A stretch of DNA of 63,211 nt, filler included, from Octopus bimaculoides (GCF_001194135.2; 8 parts of 8 records of this genome joined end to end with filler, not necessarily neighbours in it), one strand, 5' to 3'. Positions 35,148 to 48,774 are shown, counted from the whole stretch's first letter. Numbers and translations: made by a program. Notes: generated from the sequence alone by a model not told the origin.

Positions 35148-36438
35148 TGCATATGTTTATATTATTGTTATAAATAGTACAGGAAATGTAAAATATGTCT
35201 ACTCTATCTCTCTTTTAGTGATGCAAAATTTTTATTCTCTGCCCTGTCGTTTTCATTCTCCTCCACTAAGTATATCTAACTGCCTCTCAAAACTAATTTT
35301 ATTACATCCGTTTTTTTTAGTCTGCTCTTGAAGCTGAGAAGTTAGAATTTTTTATCAATGGTTCTAAAGCAAAGTAAGCATCTTAGGCAAGCTATTAGGA
35401 TATTAAGTACATGGCCTCTTATTTATAGTTAATATATCATACTGGTCAAGGTAGGAGTTGCGTGAAAAGATAATCACATGCACAATTATATGGCAATACA
35501 GTTTCTTCCAGTTATTGGTTGCTGCAATAGTTAATTGTCCGAAATACATTTAAACACTTTCTGCATATACAAAAAGAAATATTCCTGTTTATTTCATTTA
35601 GTAGTTTACTATTGCATTGAATGTTTCTTGAGATTATCTAAGGCAATGAAAAGGTATTTTACTGAACAGAGCCTTATTTACTTTTAAGGTAGTTTTATTC
35701 TACTTTTATCCAGTATAAACTGTGCTATGATATCAAAAGGAATCTGCATTCATGCTATTTATAGTTCCTTTCCACATAAATCCAAACCACCTCACCTGAC
35801 CATATGTGCCTCCATGCTGGGTTATAGACAGACTAAGATTATTTGCTGTCATGAAGTGTATCAACTTAATGTATAATCCATCTTCCGATTTCTTAAATAA
35901 AATACATATATTGATGATCAGAGTGATGAGTTTTTTCTTTTTTTAAAGATAATAAAAAAGTAATTTAGAAAAACAAATCTATTTCACTCCATATTGTTTA
36001 TGACTTTTCCACTTGAAAATATTTTTTTAAGTACGTTGTTAAGAAATATTCATTTTTCCTTTCTCGGTCATCTACAGTCCTCTGAATTAATCCTTTTCTC
36101 TGTTTGCTGTTATNNNNNNNNNNNNNNNNNNNNNNNNNNNNNNNNNNNNNNNNNNNNNNNNNNNNNNNNNNNNNNNNNNNNNNNNNNNNNNNNNNNNNNN
36201 NNNNNNNNNNNNNNNNNNNNNNNNNNNNNNNNNNNNNNNNNNNNNNNNNNNNNNNNNNNNNNNNNNNNNNNNNNNNNNNNNNNNNNNNNNNNNNNNNNNN
36301 NNNNNNNNNNNNNNNNNNNNNNNNNNNNNNNNNNNNNNNNNNNNNNNNNNNNNNNNNNNNNNNNNNNNNNNNNNNNNNNNNNNNNNNNNNNNNNNNNNNN
36401 NNNNNNNNNNNNNNNNNNNNNNNNNNNNNNNNNNNNNN

Positions 36439-36481
<43 letters not shown>

Positions 36482-37560
36482 TAGATAGATAGATAGATAG
36501 ATTAAGAAATGGAGTCAAATGCAGGTGTTATTCAAATCATTTATACTTCCAACATATGTTTCCAAGGAAGCATTGAGATTATTTCAGAGGGAATAAAAAT
36601 GATGTAAAACAATGCAATCATCTCATCTGGGGAAAAAAGGAGAAACAAAACACATCAGTTAGCCATTTTAACTGAATATGATTACTGTGTTTATGACGAA
36701 GGGGAATGATGGCAAATTATTTTTTTTTAAAAACCATTAATGGATTTAATATCAAAGGTAATTTAGAGAAAGAGGAGGAGCAGAAAGAAAGAAATTAACA
36801 GAAAATTAAGAGTGGAGAAATATAGTGTGATAGATGAATGGGAACAAAGCTTAAAAGCATGGAAATAGATATATGCAGTGGAAATAAAATGCAAGAAGAC
36901 AGTTAAAGATCAAATTTTATAGATTGGTGGAAAATTACTTATAGGAACTAAAGGTATGTTTACAATGATAAACACATGCTTTAAATGTGTTTACAAAAGT
37001 ATTCTCCGAGAAAGGATGAGAAATTGTTCTTCATTACAGCACAGACAAAAAGATTTACCTTTGTCATATGGGAAGGATCTAGATAGAATTTTCCGTTCCA
37101 AATCGAATTGTTTATTATGTTCCTTTAAAGACCAAACTAAACACAACAATACTGGGCTTAGTAAATTAATTTCATTAATTTCATTCTCCTTTATTATAAA
37201 TTTAAATGAGAAACCCATTCTAAATTATCTCGCTGACATACTACGACGAAATCTCCAAGATGCAGATAAGATAGAGATTTTTTTATTTATTTACGGCCTC
37301 AAACATCTCATACCTTCGCGCTTTAGTTTGCCCTCTATTATTTATCTTGTTTCTCTCCATGAAATTCAATTGAATTCAGTTGTTGTCTTAAATTCATACT
37401 TATTCATTTTCTAAGCTTCCTAAATTCATGCTACGTTATATTCTACTCACCCAGAATTCATTGCTCTTCTAAAAATTACGATTTATGCATTGTTGTCTCT
37501 CAAATATTTAAAATCTACAATTAAGAGCCCTTGTCTCTCAAATATTTAAAATCTACAATT

Positions 37561-37660
37561 NNNNNNNNNNNNNNNNNNNNNNNNNNNNNNNNNNNNNNNN
37601 NNNNTTAATTAATTAANNNNNNNNNNNNNNNNNNNNNNNNNNNNNNNNNNNNNNNNNNNN
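37561..37660. other. Artificial 100-bp scaffold-join gap
   Basis: Linker at 37605-37616. Confidence 0.95.
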
Positions 37661-37697
<37 letters not shown>

Positions 37698-38775
37698 AAA
37701 TATATTGAGCTAAACATATTCAGAATTATTAATACACATATGCGCATACATACGTATAGTTAATAAAAAATAAAAGCAGATATACACATTTGAACAATAC
37801 ATACGCAAAGATATTCACAGATATATAAACACACACATACAAAGACATAACTAAATATGAGATTATTTAAAAATTTGTGCGAGTTTGCGCGTCTGAGGAA
37901 GCGCGGGCGCGCACGTGCGTGCGTGTGTGTATTTGTATGTGTGTCTGTGTATATATGTGATTTATATGATCGGTGAAACCTTTGGTGCGCACTTATATGT
38001 AAATACAAAAAACATATTCGTGTTTGCTTTTGTATTTTCCTGTTTCAGTATAGGCGTACATATGTTGCGTGAGTGTATGACCGTTTGTGTGTATGTGTAT
38101 GTGTCTGTGCGTGCGTGTGTGTTTGTGTGTGTGTGTGTGTGTGTGGGTGTGAATGTGTGTGTCTGATATTTAAAGATAATTGGTAAAGACTTCGGGATGT
38201 CAATGTACAAGATATTTATTTCTCTGATATTAGGAATACGTAAAGTTTGGTACAGAGTTACATTGATATGAATACAAACCTCGCTGGCAAGTTCACATCA
38301 TATTTTCTACGATGCATAAACTATTTGTTGATCTTGCCGGGGACGTCAATAAAGCATTGAGTAATGTATGAGGTCAGACACTTTTATCATCCGACTTTAA
38401 GAGTTTATTGCATTTAACCGCTTAAAATAGAAACACCTTGGTTGAATCTGTAGGATAAGTTGCTATAAGTAAGGTACCACAGTGGAAATGGTCATAACTT
38501 TTATACATCCATCCATATGCATATAATTGTATATGTATATGTACAAACACACACACACATGTATGTATATACTTGTGGATGTGTGTGTGCGTGCGTGCGC
38601 GAGCGAGTGCATGTGTATGTGTGAATGTGTATGCGTGTATATATACATAGAATAACTATTAATACGTGTTGAATATACATCATGTTTGCATGATATATAA
38701 ATATAACATATTATATATATGTAATTATATATATTGTATTCTCTCTCTCCTTCTGTCTGTGTATACACACAGACA

Positions 38776-38859
<84 letters not shown>

Positions 38860-39306
38860 NNNNNNNNNNNNNNNNNNNNNNNNNNNNNNNNNNNNNNNNN
38901 NNNNNNNNNNNNNNNNNNNNNNNNNNNNNNNNNNNNNNNNNNNNNNNNNNNNNNNNNNNNNNNNNNNNNNNNNNNNNNNNNNNNNNNNNNNNNNNNNNNN
39001 NNNNNNNNNNNNNNNNNNNNNNNNNNNNNNNNNNNNNNNNNNNNNNNNNNNNNNNNNNNNNNNNNNNNNNNNNNNNNNNNNNNNNNNNNNNNNNNNNNNN
39101 NNNNNNNNNNNNNNNNNNNNNNNNNNNNNNNNNNNNNNNNNNNNNNNNNNNNNNNNNNNNNNNNNNNNNNNNNNNNNNNNNNNNNNNNNNNNNNNNNNNN
39201 NNNNNNNNNNNNNNNNNNNNNNNNNNNNNNNNNNNNNNNNNNNNNNNNNNNNNNNNNNNNNNNNNNNNNNNNNNNNNNNTATATATATATATATATGTAC
39301 ATGCAG

Positions 39307-39337
<31 letters not shown>

Positions 39338-39439
39338 TACACACACACACGCACACACACAAACATATACTGGGAGCAGACTAGAAAGGAAACTCTACGT
39401 TGAACTCTAAACAAATTAGCGGTAGTATATCTATTTGTA

Positions 39440-39654
39440 GATAGAAGATGTTGATGGCGTCGTTAGTGTTGGTGATAATGATGAGGTTGTCGATGATGCT
39501 GATGGTGGGGATGATAATAATGATGATGATGTTGTTGATGATTATGATGATGATAATGATTCCCATTCTAATGTTGGCCATAAGGAAGACGAGGAAACGA
39601 ACAAGTATAACAGCGTCCTTTCTCTCATCTAAATCAACAACACCAGCACTACTA

Positions 39655-39726
<72 letters not shown>

Positions 39727-39805
39727 GCAGGAGTAGTGGCAGTAATTGTAGTCGCAGCATTAATTGTAGTAGTAGTGGTAGTAGTAGTAGCGGGAGTAAT
39801 AATAT
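39440..39805 (+). repeat. (GAT)n, (CTA)n and (GTA)n microsatellite cluster
   Basis: Read directly. Confidence 0.9.
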
Positions 39806-40335
39806 GAATAAAAACTTTTTTACGGTTATTTTAACTTATTTCGAATGCAGAATCATGTTTTGTCTGTTAGTCGGAGATAATTGCATTTCAATGTGATGGT
39901 AGAGATGACTCTAAGTGTAAAGTGCGATAAAATGGTAATATTGATGGAAGTTAGACCCATTAAGCAGAAGTTCTTGGAGAGAAGACAGTTGTGGAAGCAG
40001 AACCAGGGCGCAACAACAGCAACAACAAGAACAAAAAAAATCAAAAGCAAAAAAAAAAAAGAATTGAATTCATAAAACAAAACCATCTAAGTTCCTAACA
40101 CGGATTTATTGCTTACAGATGAGAATTTATTACTTCAGCATATGGTTGAAGGTTTGTAAGGTGTTTAAAATCCACTGTATCAACCCCAGTATATGACTGG
40201 GATTGATACAAGAAGAATTTGTTTACTGATACAAGAAGAATTAAAAGACGTCAATAGAACGGGTTTGTTGTTAAAATATGTTCCTGAGGTGAGAAGAGGA
40301 GAGGAGAGACAATGCTCGTTATCGCTACAGTACCT

Positions 40336-40399
40336 ATTTCGTTATTGCCCACAAGGGGCTAAACATAGAGGGAACAAACAAGAACAGACGAACGGATAA
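40336..40399 (-). mobile_element. 64-bp 5'-truncated retro-insertion with a 16-bp TSD
   Basis: TSD tatcgctacagtacct at 40320-40335 and 40400-40415; insert ttgcccacaaggggctaaacatagaggg. Confidence 0.8.
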
Positions 40400-41099
40400 T
40401 ATCGCTACAGTACCTCCAAACACTGGTGAGATTGATGCGTTCGCCGCCCAAATTCCAGACGATCCAACTGATCCCTTACCAAAATAATGCCTACCAACTT
40501 CAAGTTTGTTGAACCTTCTTTTAATCTACGTCCCAAAAACGGTATTTGATCAGAAGAAATTTGCTCTAATCCTCCACAAATCTGTATTCTAACTCTTCAG
40601 AGATCGTTTCTAAATTAATTACTCCTACAATTCATCTTCAATTTGATCGTAAATCCTAATCACAATTGTGCTTCACTCGTTACAATGGTAAGTTCAATAC
40701 TTTAAATTCTGCCGTTGAATTCATTGTTGATTTTTTTTCAAGTAACCCTAATTTGCTCTTAAAATGAACGGAAGCGCACTACGGAAGTTTTCCGTCTCCA
40801 GTCATAAATAGGCGACTAAAACACAATAGCGTCCAGAAAAAAGTTGGTTGTGAGATTCATTTTTGCCTAACCTTCTGATGGGATCACACTAAGTTTCACC
40901 ATAAAACAAGTCTTGCTTAACGAAATAGATATCTGTCTGGCACTGAACTTAATACATGTTTGAAAATATAAAAATAGAAAACAAGAAATAAATATTTTTG
41001 GCAAAGGATATTCAACGCAAATCATTTCCTGCATTCATTTTGTATTTGCTAAAATATTTACTTCTAGTATTTTCGTTGAGAATTTGACTATAAAACACA

Positions 41100-41167
<68 letters not shown>

Positions 41168-41265
41168 NNNNNNNNNNATATATATATATATATATATACA
41201 TATATTATTCTTATTATTCTTATTATTATTACTATTTTATATATATATCTATATCTATATATATC

Positions 41266-41296
<31 letters not shown>

Positions 41297-41439
41297 GACA
41301 CTAAAGTGACAGAGAGTACTAAGAGGTATCGGTATTGCTAGAAATAAGTGTCAAAACAACTCAATAGCCACAGATAGCACTATCTTAATGACCGACAAGG
41401 GAGACAAGCTCCCTAGCGGACAGCCAGATCATCGATAAT

Positions 41440-41927
41440 TTCGAATTATGCAGGAGGATGGAAAAGTAACTATACTCTGGGACAATGATTTTCAAACGGA
41501 TCGTGTAATCGAACACCATCGCCCGGATATTGTCATATTGAATAAGAGAGACAAATACTGTCAGATCATTGATGGAGCCATAGCAAATGACAATAATGTT
41601 GTGAGTAAAGGGGTTGAAAAAAATCACCAAATTACTCCGAATTGAAAGTGGAAATGGCAAGACTGTATGGAATGCGAGAGGCCAATGTAAAAATGATACC
41701 AGTGGTAATCGGAGTATTGGGTTCAATCCCGTTGAAACTTCAACACTTCTTAAGGCAACTGGAAATGCCATGCAAGATTCATGTCTTGCAAAAAGCAGCC
41801 TTATTGGGCACAGCGCACATATTAAGTAAAGTATTATCTGTCTGTAGTCCTTGTTGCGACTTGACAGATGACTAAAGACTCCGGTGCATTTTTACCTACA
41901 CTGTGTTACGAAGGAATAATAATAATA
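41440..41927 (+). mobile_element. R4/Dong LINE 3' end (REL endonuclease, 3' UTR, TAA tail)
   Basis: ILWDNDFQTDRVIEHHRPDIVILNKRDKYCQIID.AI...IPVVIGVLG...LQKAALLGTAHILSKVL; ends aataataataat. Confidence 0.92.
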
Positions 41928-43590
41928 AGTGGAAGTCTCTTGGACATGATAAAATCCTAAACTTCTGGCTTAATAGCCTCTCATATAACACCGTCAGTTC
42001 ATGGAATGTTTTTCTAACATCACCAGAAACCCCGAAAAGAATCCAAGCAGGCTAATATAAGGGATAACATACATACTTCCTAAAATAAGCGACACAAAGA
42101 ATCCCAAAAACTATAGGCCGGTCACTTTCTTGACCACTATGTACAAAATACTTACGTCCACCCTCACCAAAAGGATGTATGAATTTCTGGATGAAAATAA
42201 CACCTTTCTTGATCAAAATGGGTGCAAAAAGAACTCATACGGCTACAAAGTTCAGCTATTAATAAACCGTATTATAGTTCATCCAAAAAATGAAATCTTA
42301 GCACAGCATGGATTGACTATCGTAAGGCATTTGACAGTGTCCCACACAGCTGGATCTTGAAGGGACTAAATATATACAGGATCTCTCCTTTCTTAAAAGG
42401 TTTTCTACAGCACAGTATGGGACTGAGGAACACGAAATTATTTCCCAACCATGAGAAAGTCTCGTATGTGTAGAGAGCATCAAAATAGATCGTGGAATAT
42501 TCTCGGGCGATTCACTCTCCCTCCTCCTCTTCCACTTCCCCGCATTCCCTTGTCCCACGAACTGAATAAAACAAATTACAGTTACAAAATATTTGAAAAC
42601 TTACCTCATACTTGCTCTACATGGATGATCTGAAATTATACGCAAAAGATGACAACTGTGAAAAAATTCAGAGATGACATCGATATAGAATTTAACCTTC
42701 ACAAGTGTGCAAAAGCTTCGTTCAAACGTGGTTGACTGACAGCTTGATCATGATAAACGTGGTAAACGACCCAATTTGGTCATGATATATCTATCAAGGA
42801 CCTGGACCTAGAAGGCTTTTCTAAGTATCTTGGGATACAAGAATGGAAATGGATTCAACACGGATCAATGAAAGAGAAGATAAGGAAAGAATGGTCCTGA
42901 ATAATGAGCTGAACTCTCAGAATTCAGCTATAAACTCACTGATGGTACCAGTTGTCCAGTATGAACTTAATGTCATCAATTGGAATCTGAGTGATCTCCA
43001 GTGTATGGGCATAAAGGCCAGGAAATTGCTGACACTAAACAAGATGCACCATCCAAAATCAGATGTCCACAGGCTCTATCTCCCACGAAAGAAAGGCAAC
43101 AGAGGCTTAACCCAGCTTGAAATGTCCTATAAAATGAGCACAATAAGACTCCACGTGTATATCCTCCTACTGTATGATACAGCTGGTAAGTCAATACAAA
43201 CAGAGTAAGAAACTGCACTGAATCTCAGGAGGCATATAAATATAGACGAGAGCTTAATCTACCTGATTATGATGATGATAAAGAGGACACACTACCCATT
43301 AAGGTGGCAGTAAAAAAGTGTTAAACAAAAGCCGAACAAGAAAGCTTGAGGGAAATATCAAGACTGCGGCAAGAAAAACCATTGCATGGGCAATACCTCA
43401 AACGAGCAGGGGAAGCTGATATAGATAGGAGAAGAAACCATCAGTGGCTGCAGAGTTTTAGCTTGAAAGCCGAAACAGAAGGATTTATCTTAGCAGCACA
43501 AAATCAGTCTCCTCACCCGGAACTAGCAAGCTAATATCACACACAATGAGGTAGACACAAAGTGTAGATTCTGAAATGACACGCATGAGA
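41928..43590 (+). mobile_element. R4/Dong LINE RT domain to the start of the zinc knuckle (degenerate)
   Basis: NYRPVTFLTTMYKIL; WIDYRKAFDSVPHSWI; RGI.SGDSLS; LLYMDDLKLYAK; SDVHRLYLPRKKG.RGL; KPLHGQY; LKAETEGFILAAQ. Confidence 0.93.
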
Positions 43591-43611
43591 GTACATTATT
43601 TACATTTGACG

Positions 43612-43683
43612 TGGGCATATGGTGTTGTGGTTAAGAGCGCGGGCTACTAACCCCAAGATTCCGAGTTCGATTCCAGGCAGTGA

Positions 43684-43725
<42 letters not shown>

Positions 43726-43834
43726 TAATAATAATAATAACAATATAAGCAAAATCGAAAAATACCTTAAGAATGAGAACCCAGGTTCGAAATTTCCTCA
43801 AGACACCTGGCGAAGGCTGGAGGATATATCAGCC
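43612..43834 (+). mobile_element. SINE C second copy, with mutated and truncated hammerhead
   Basis: tRNA head gggcatatgg...ggttaagagcgcgggctactaaccccaagattccgagttcgattcc, (AAT)n, and tail to GACAC CTGGCGA A GGCTG..CAGCC. An inverted tail piece lies at 43591-43611. Confidence 0.88.
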
Positions 43835-43835
43835 T

Positions 43836-43925
43836 AATATATACGTGCCTTAGATCTCTGGTTGAGTCCCGGCCGGGAAAAGAAATAAAATGTAAATCAA
43901 TCGGAAAATAATAATAATAATAATC
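43836..43925 (+). mobile_element. Probable R4/Dong 3' UTR with TAA tail
   Basis: Resumes after SINE C and ends in (AAT)n; assignment to the same LINE is inferred. Confidence 0.4.
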
Positions 43926-43934
43926 CTTATCATC

Positions 43935-44095
43935 ATCCTTGCTACTATAGGCACAAAGCTTGAAATTCTGGGGAAGGGTCTAATCGATTAGATGGACCCC
44001 AGAGCTCAACTGGCATTTATTTCATCGACCTCAGGAAGTGGACTCAGTACGTAAAGACGGACGAAATGCTACTAAGAATTTTCCTCGGCGTCAAA
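43935..44095 (-). mobile_element. SINE A, internally deleted
   Basis: aatcgattagatggaccccagagctcaactggc...cgtaaagacggacgaaatgc. Confidence 0.75.
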
Positions 44096-44938
44096 AGATT
44101 CAACTGGCTGATATTTGGGAAGTCGCTTAAGCAATTTATAAATCGAAGTAAGTCTGTAGATGTTCAAATATTTCTATGATCACCACATACACTTCTGAGG
44201 GGTATCAATAAATCCGATTTTCTGTTTTGAATCTTCATTATTGTTTTCATTATAACTCTGCCTTAAATTTCAGTTATGTGTGTCAAATTTGATCTGTAAC
44301 TTAGAATGAATCGAAATCCATTTTGATTTTTCAACATTCGTGCTCAAAATTATATATCCTGGTAAAGAAAACTCTTATCTAAAGGTCTCAATGCGCGAAG
44401 ATCGAAAAGCACAGCAATAAATACTGTTACAAAGTAAATTTTACAAGTAAATATATCACTGTATGTTGACACGTTTCAGGAGTTTGTTTTATGATTGTTC
44501 GTGGTTTCATAGAGTATAGTAAACTTTGTGGTTGCAGAACAGTTGGGGTTTGATTTATTTTCTAAATAAGAACTACAATATGCAAAGGTTAGAAGTAAGA
44601 ACGTGCTATAATAGAACACCCTTCAATAGATATATGCGTATTTCATTATAAATTATATTGCTATTCCTTCTGACAATTCGACAATTTCAGGAAAAACGGC
44701 AAATCACTACTGACTTTTTACTGCTACTGATAGTACAAGATTGACTGCCAAGGATTAATAAAAAAAGAGCATCAATACAAAGAGTTTAGGAATATGTATA
44801 TGTCCGTAGGTGCATATGTATGGATGTATATATGCGTATGAATATATGTATCTCTGTGTATGTATGTTTATATATATATGTATATACAACATATATGATT
44901 CGTGCGTGCGTGTGTGCATTCCTTTATANNNNNNNNNN

Positions 44939-44979
<41 letters not shown>

Positions 44980-46978
44980 CATACACAGACCCACATACGA
45001 GCGCACAGACAAAAATATATATATGCATGTATTGTTCGTATAAGACGTTTGTGTATCAGTGTGCAAGCAAAATTCGGATGAAGAATCCTTTAAAAAATTG
45101 TGCAATATAACATTATAACTATATATATATGATGTGCATTAATATCTCTATGTATCTGTTATAAATATATGTATATACAACATATATGATTCGTGCGTGC
45201 GTGTGTGCATTCCTTTATAAGTATGGTGTATAGATATGTATGCGTGCTTGTGTCACTGTAAATGTACTACGCGTTATACAATGAATTAATATGACATGTC
45301 ATGAAGACCAGGTTCTAGTTGCCCTGAAAAATGAATAACGACATCAATTTGCTAATGGAACTAAAAAGATGTCTTTTAAATGACGAAATATATAAATCAG
45401 TTCCTTATTTTCTGACAGTTTTACATTCGACAAAAATATTGAGAAGCAAATGCATGGAGAGTGTCAAGTAAATATATGAATAATAAATGAATAAATATTA
45501 TATAAATAAGAAACGTTCTTTTAATATAGTGACATGTGATATATTGGAGATAAACATTCTATGTCAGCAGAGAAGAAGGAGGAGGAGGGAAAAAGAGGAG
45601 AAGAAGAAAGAAAGAGAGAGAGAGAGAAAGAAAGAGGGAGAGAGAGATACAAAGAAATCATGTGATATTAGGGTTTATCACTGCTTTATCTGTTGGTTTA
45701 ACGATCCAGTTTCCATGCTAAGAAACAATGGGTGTACACTTTTTGAAGAAAATATCGAATAAGCAGTATTTCATATAGAAACCTTAACAATGCCTCATAT
45801 AGACAAACAAACATAGTCATACATGCAGGTATATATATTTAGACAGAAACATACTAATACATACATGCATACATACATGCATACATGCATACATGCATAC
45901 ATACATACATGCATGCATATATACATACATACATACATGCATGCATGCATGCATACATACATATGCACACATACAGACAGACACACACGCACATACACAC
46001 ACACACACAGACAGACACACACACATGTATATATATATATNNNNNNNNNNNNNNNNNNNNNNNNNNNNNNNNNNNNNNNNNNNNNNNNNNNNNNNNNNNN
46101 NNNNNNNNNNNNNNNNNNNNNNNNNNNNNNNNNNNNNNNNNNNNNNNNNNNNNNNNNNNNNNNNNNNNNNNNNNNNNNNNNNNNNNNNNNNNNNNNNNNN
46201 NNNNNNNNNNNNNNNNNNNNNNNNNNNNNNNNNNNNNNNNNNNNNNNNNNNNNNNNNNNNNNNNNNNNNNNNNNNNNNNNNNNNNNNNNNNNNNNNNNNN
46301 NNNNNNNNNNNNNNNNNNNNNNNNNNNNNNNNNNNNNNNNNNNNNNNNNNNNNNNNNNNNNNNNNNNNNNNNNNNNNNNNNNNNNNNNNNNNNNNNNNNN
46401 NNNNNNNNNNNNNNNNNNNNNNNNNNNNNNNNNNNNNNNNNNNNNNNNNNNNNNNNNNNNNNNNNNNNNNNNNNNNNNNNNNNNNNNNNNNNNNNNNNNN
46501 NNNNNNNNNNNNNNNNNNNNNNNNNNNNNNNNNNNNNNNNNNNNNNNNNNNNNNNNNNNNNNNNNNNNNNNNNNNNNNNNNNNNNNNNNNNNNNNNNNNN
46601 NNNNNNNNNNNNNNNNNNNNNNNNNNNNNNNNNNNNNNNNNNNNNNNNNNNNNNNNNNNNNNNNNNNNNNNNNNNNNNNNNNNNNNNNNNNNNNNNNNNN
46701 NNNNNNNNNNNNNNNNNNNNNNNNNNNNNNNNNNNNNNNNNNNNNNNNNNNNNNNNNNNNNNNNNNNNNNNNNNNNNNNNNNNNNNNNNNNNNNNNNNNN
46801 NNNNNNNNNNNNNNNNNNNNNNNNNNNNNNNNNNNNNNNNNNNNNNNNNNNNNNNNNNNNNNNNNNNNNNNNNNNNNNNNNNNNNNNNNNNNNNNNNNNN
46901 NNNNNNNNNNNNNNNNNNNNNNNNNNNNNNNNNNNNNNNNNNNNNNNNNNNNNNNNNNNNNNNNNNNNNNNNNNNNNN

Positions 46979-47009
<31 letters not shown>

Positions 47010-47050
47010 ATATATACATACATATACATACATACATGCATACATACATA

Positions 47051-47098
<48 letters not shown>

Positions 47099-47624
47099 GT
47101 ATGTATGTATATTTGAACTGGTAATTTATTACTGTTATAACTTTGCTACTCTGCTGTAAATATTCAGTACCAATTACATTAGTGTATATTTTGACATAAT
47201 ACAGAGCAGAGCAATCACATCCCTTTTGCATAGTCTGTATCTAACGTTTGTAACTATTTTATACTATTGAGCCTTTTGTCACAATCAATGCTTATTTCTC
47301 ATCACAAAATTGCCGGCAAACTTTGCTCCAGCCGAGGTCAACCTGTCTTTATTAAAGTATCTACGATTATATTGCTTAATATGACCTCAAGTTTTAAAGA
47401 TGGTAGAATGTGATTTGGAGGACATTTAGCAACTATTTTTAGATAACCGAGCATCTATTTAGATTATGGAGTGCAGGAATCCCCTAGGGATACGAGATGG
47501 TATTTCATGGAAGTATATTAAAATCGCTTTCCAGTACAAAATTGGCTCTTAAAAATTTTTTTTATTAAGCTCACCGCGGATTTTATATTTCTACAATATT
47601 GCATGTGGCACAGTTATTGAAATA

Positions 47625-47798
47625 TTGGTTTCAAATTTTTGCACAAGGCCAGCAATTTCGGGGGTACATATTTTATCTACCCCGAATGATGAAAGGCAAA
47701 GTCGATCTTGGTGGAATTTGAACTCTGAATGTGAAGACAGGCGAAATACCGCAAAATATTTCACCCGGCGTGTTAACGATTCTGCCAGCTCGCCGCCA
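47625..47798 (-). mobile_element. SINE A, internally deleted
   Basis: ggtttcaaatttttgcacaaggccagc...gaaaggcaaagtcgatc...aacgattctgccagctcgcc. Confidence 0.85.
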
Positions 47799-48774
47799 TT
47801 TGACTATTTAAATATTGAAAGCATGCTAAATTATCACAGACCGCTAGTACAAACTTTCGAAAACGTTGGTAGTTATGTGGTAAAGTCAAATTGCATTACT
47901 GTGCCTTCTTACTCATCATGCATGAACCACACCTGATACATGTCTTAAATCATCTAATGACTGTCTTACCTCTAAGAAACATTTGTTTACTATCTAATTA
48001 AAAAAGATTCTCCTAAAATGATGGAAGGAATGTTATAGTTTCATCTGTCTCTTAGCTATTTGCAACGAGTGGATAATAAAATCATAGCAGTTGTGTATCA
48101 CCCTTGTGTCCGATCATAGTTACATGAAATATAATCATCTTCAGAAAAATGAGTTTATATCCTATATGACAAATCTTTTGTCCAAAATATAAACAACAAT
48201 ACAGTTGATCCGAAAGGAAATAAAATTGGTTTACGGTATGTCATCATGTACCTTATTTATAGTAAATTCATCTTTGCATAATTTATTCCAGCATACGGTG
48301 ACAGTATTGCATTTTCATGCACAGAATAGTACATTTTTCCCTATTCGAAACTACTTAAAAATATCTGTCAACAAGTGAATGATAAAATATAGTAAATTTA
48401 TTTTATATACTGGTAAAATAGGGTTGCATCATATTCGAGGATGCGTTTTAGTCACCAGAAAATGTTGCTTATTACTTTTGTAGGGGATGCAAATGTAATA
48501 AAAAATTTCCTACGGGTGTGAGGCATATAAAAAGAAGGATACTGTTTTAGAGGAATCTTTGTTAGCTCTTGTAGTGATCTACGTAGTGTAGATGAGAATT
48601 GAGTCTTCTTTATTCTTAAGTTGATATACTACCGTTGCATCGAGTGATATCGCATGTCTTTGTTAACTCTGTGACAAATATTGAGCCAACTAATAAAATG
48701 ATAATAACTAATATAAGATTTGTGATGAGTTTCGTAGTGTTTAACACATTTAATTACGTCTGGGTTGACGTTGT

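Noticed and set aside
36956-37414. 152-aa ORF downstream of MBTPS2
   Set aside because: AT-rich, no recognisable domain and no splice structure.
37493-37560. 30-bp duplication at 38-bp spacing
   Set aside because: It sits at the contig edge beside a join gap; probably an assembly artefact or trivial slippage.
44875-45219. Exact 54-bp direct repeat (44875-44928 and 45166-45219)
   Set aside because: The first copy ends at a 10-N gap; most likely a contig-end or haplotype duplication rather than a TSD or LTR.
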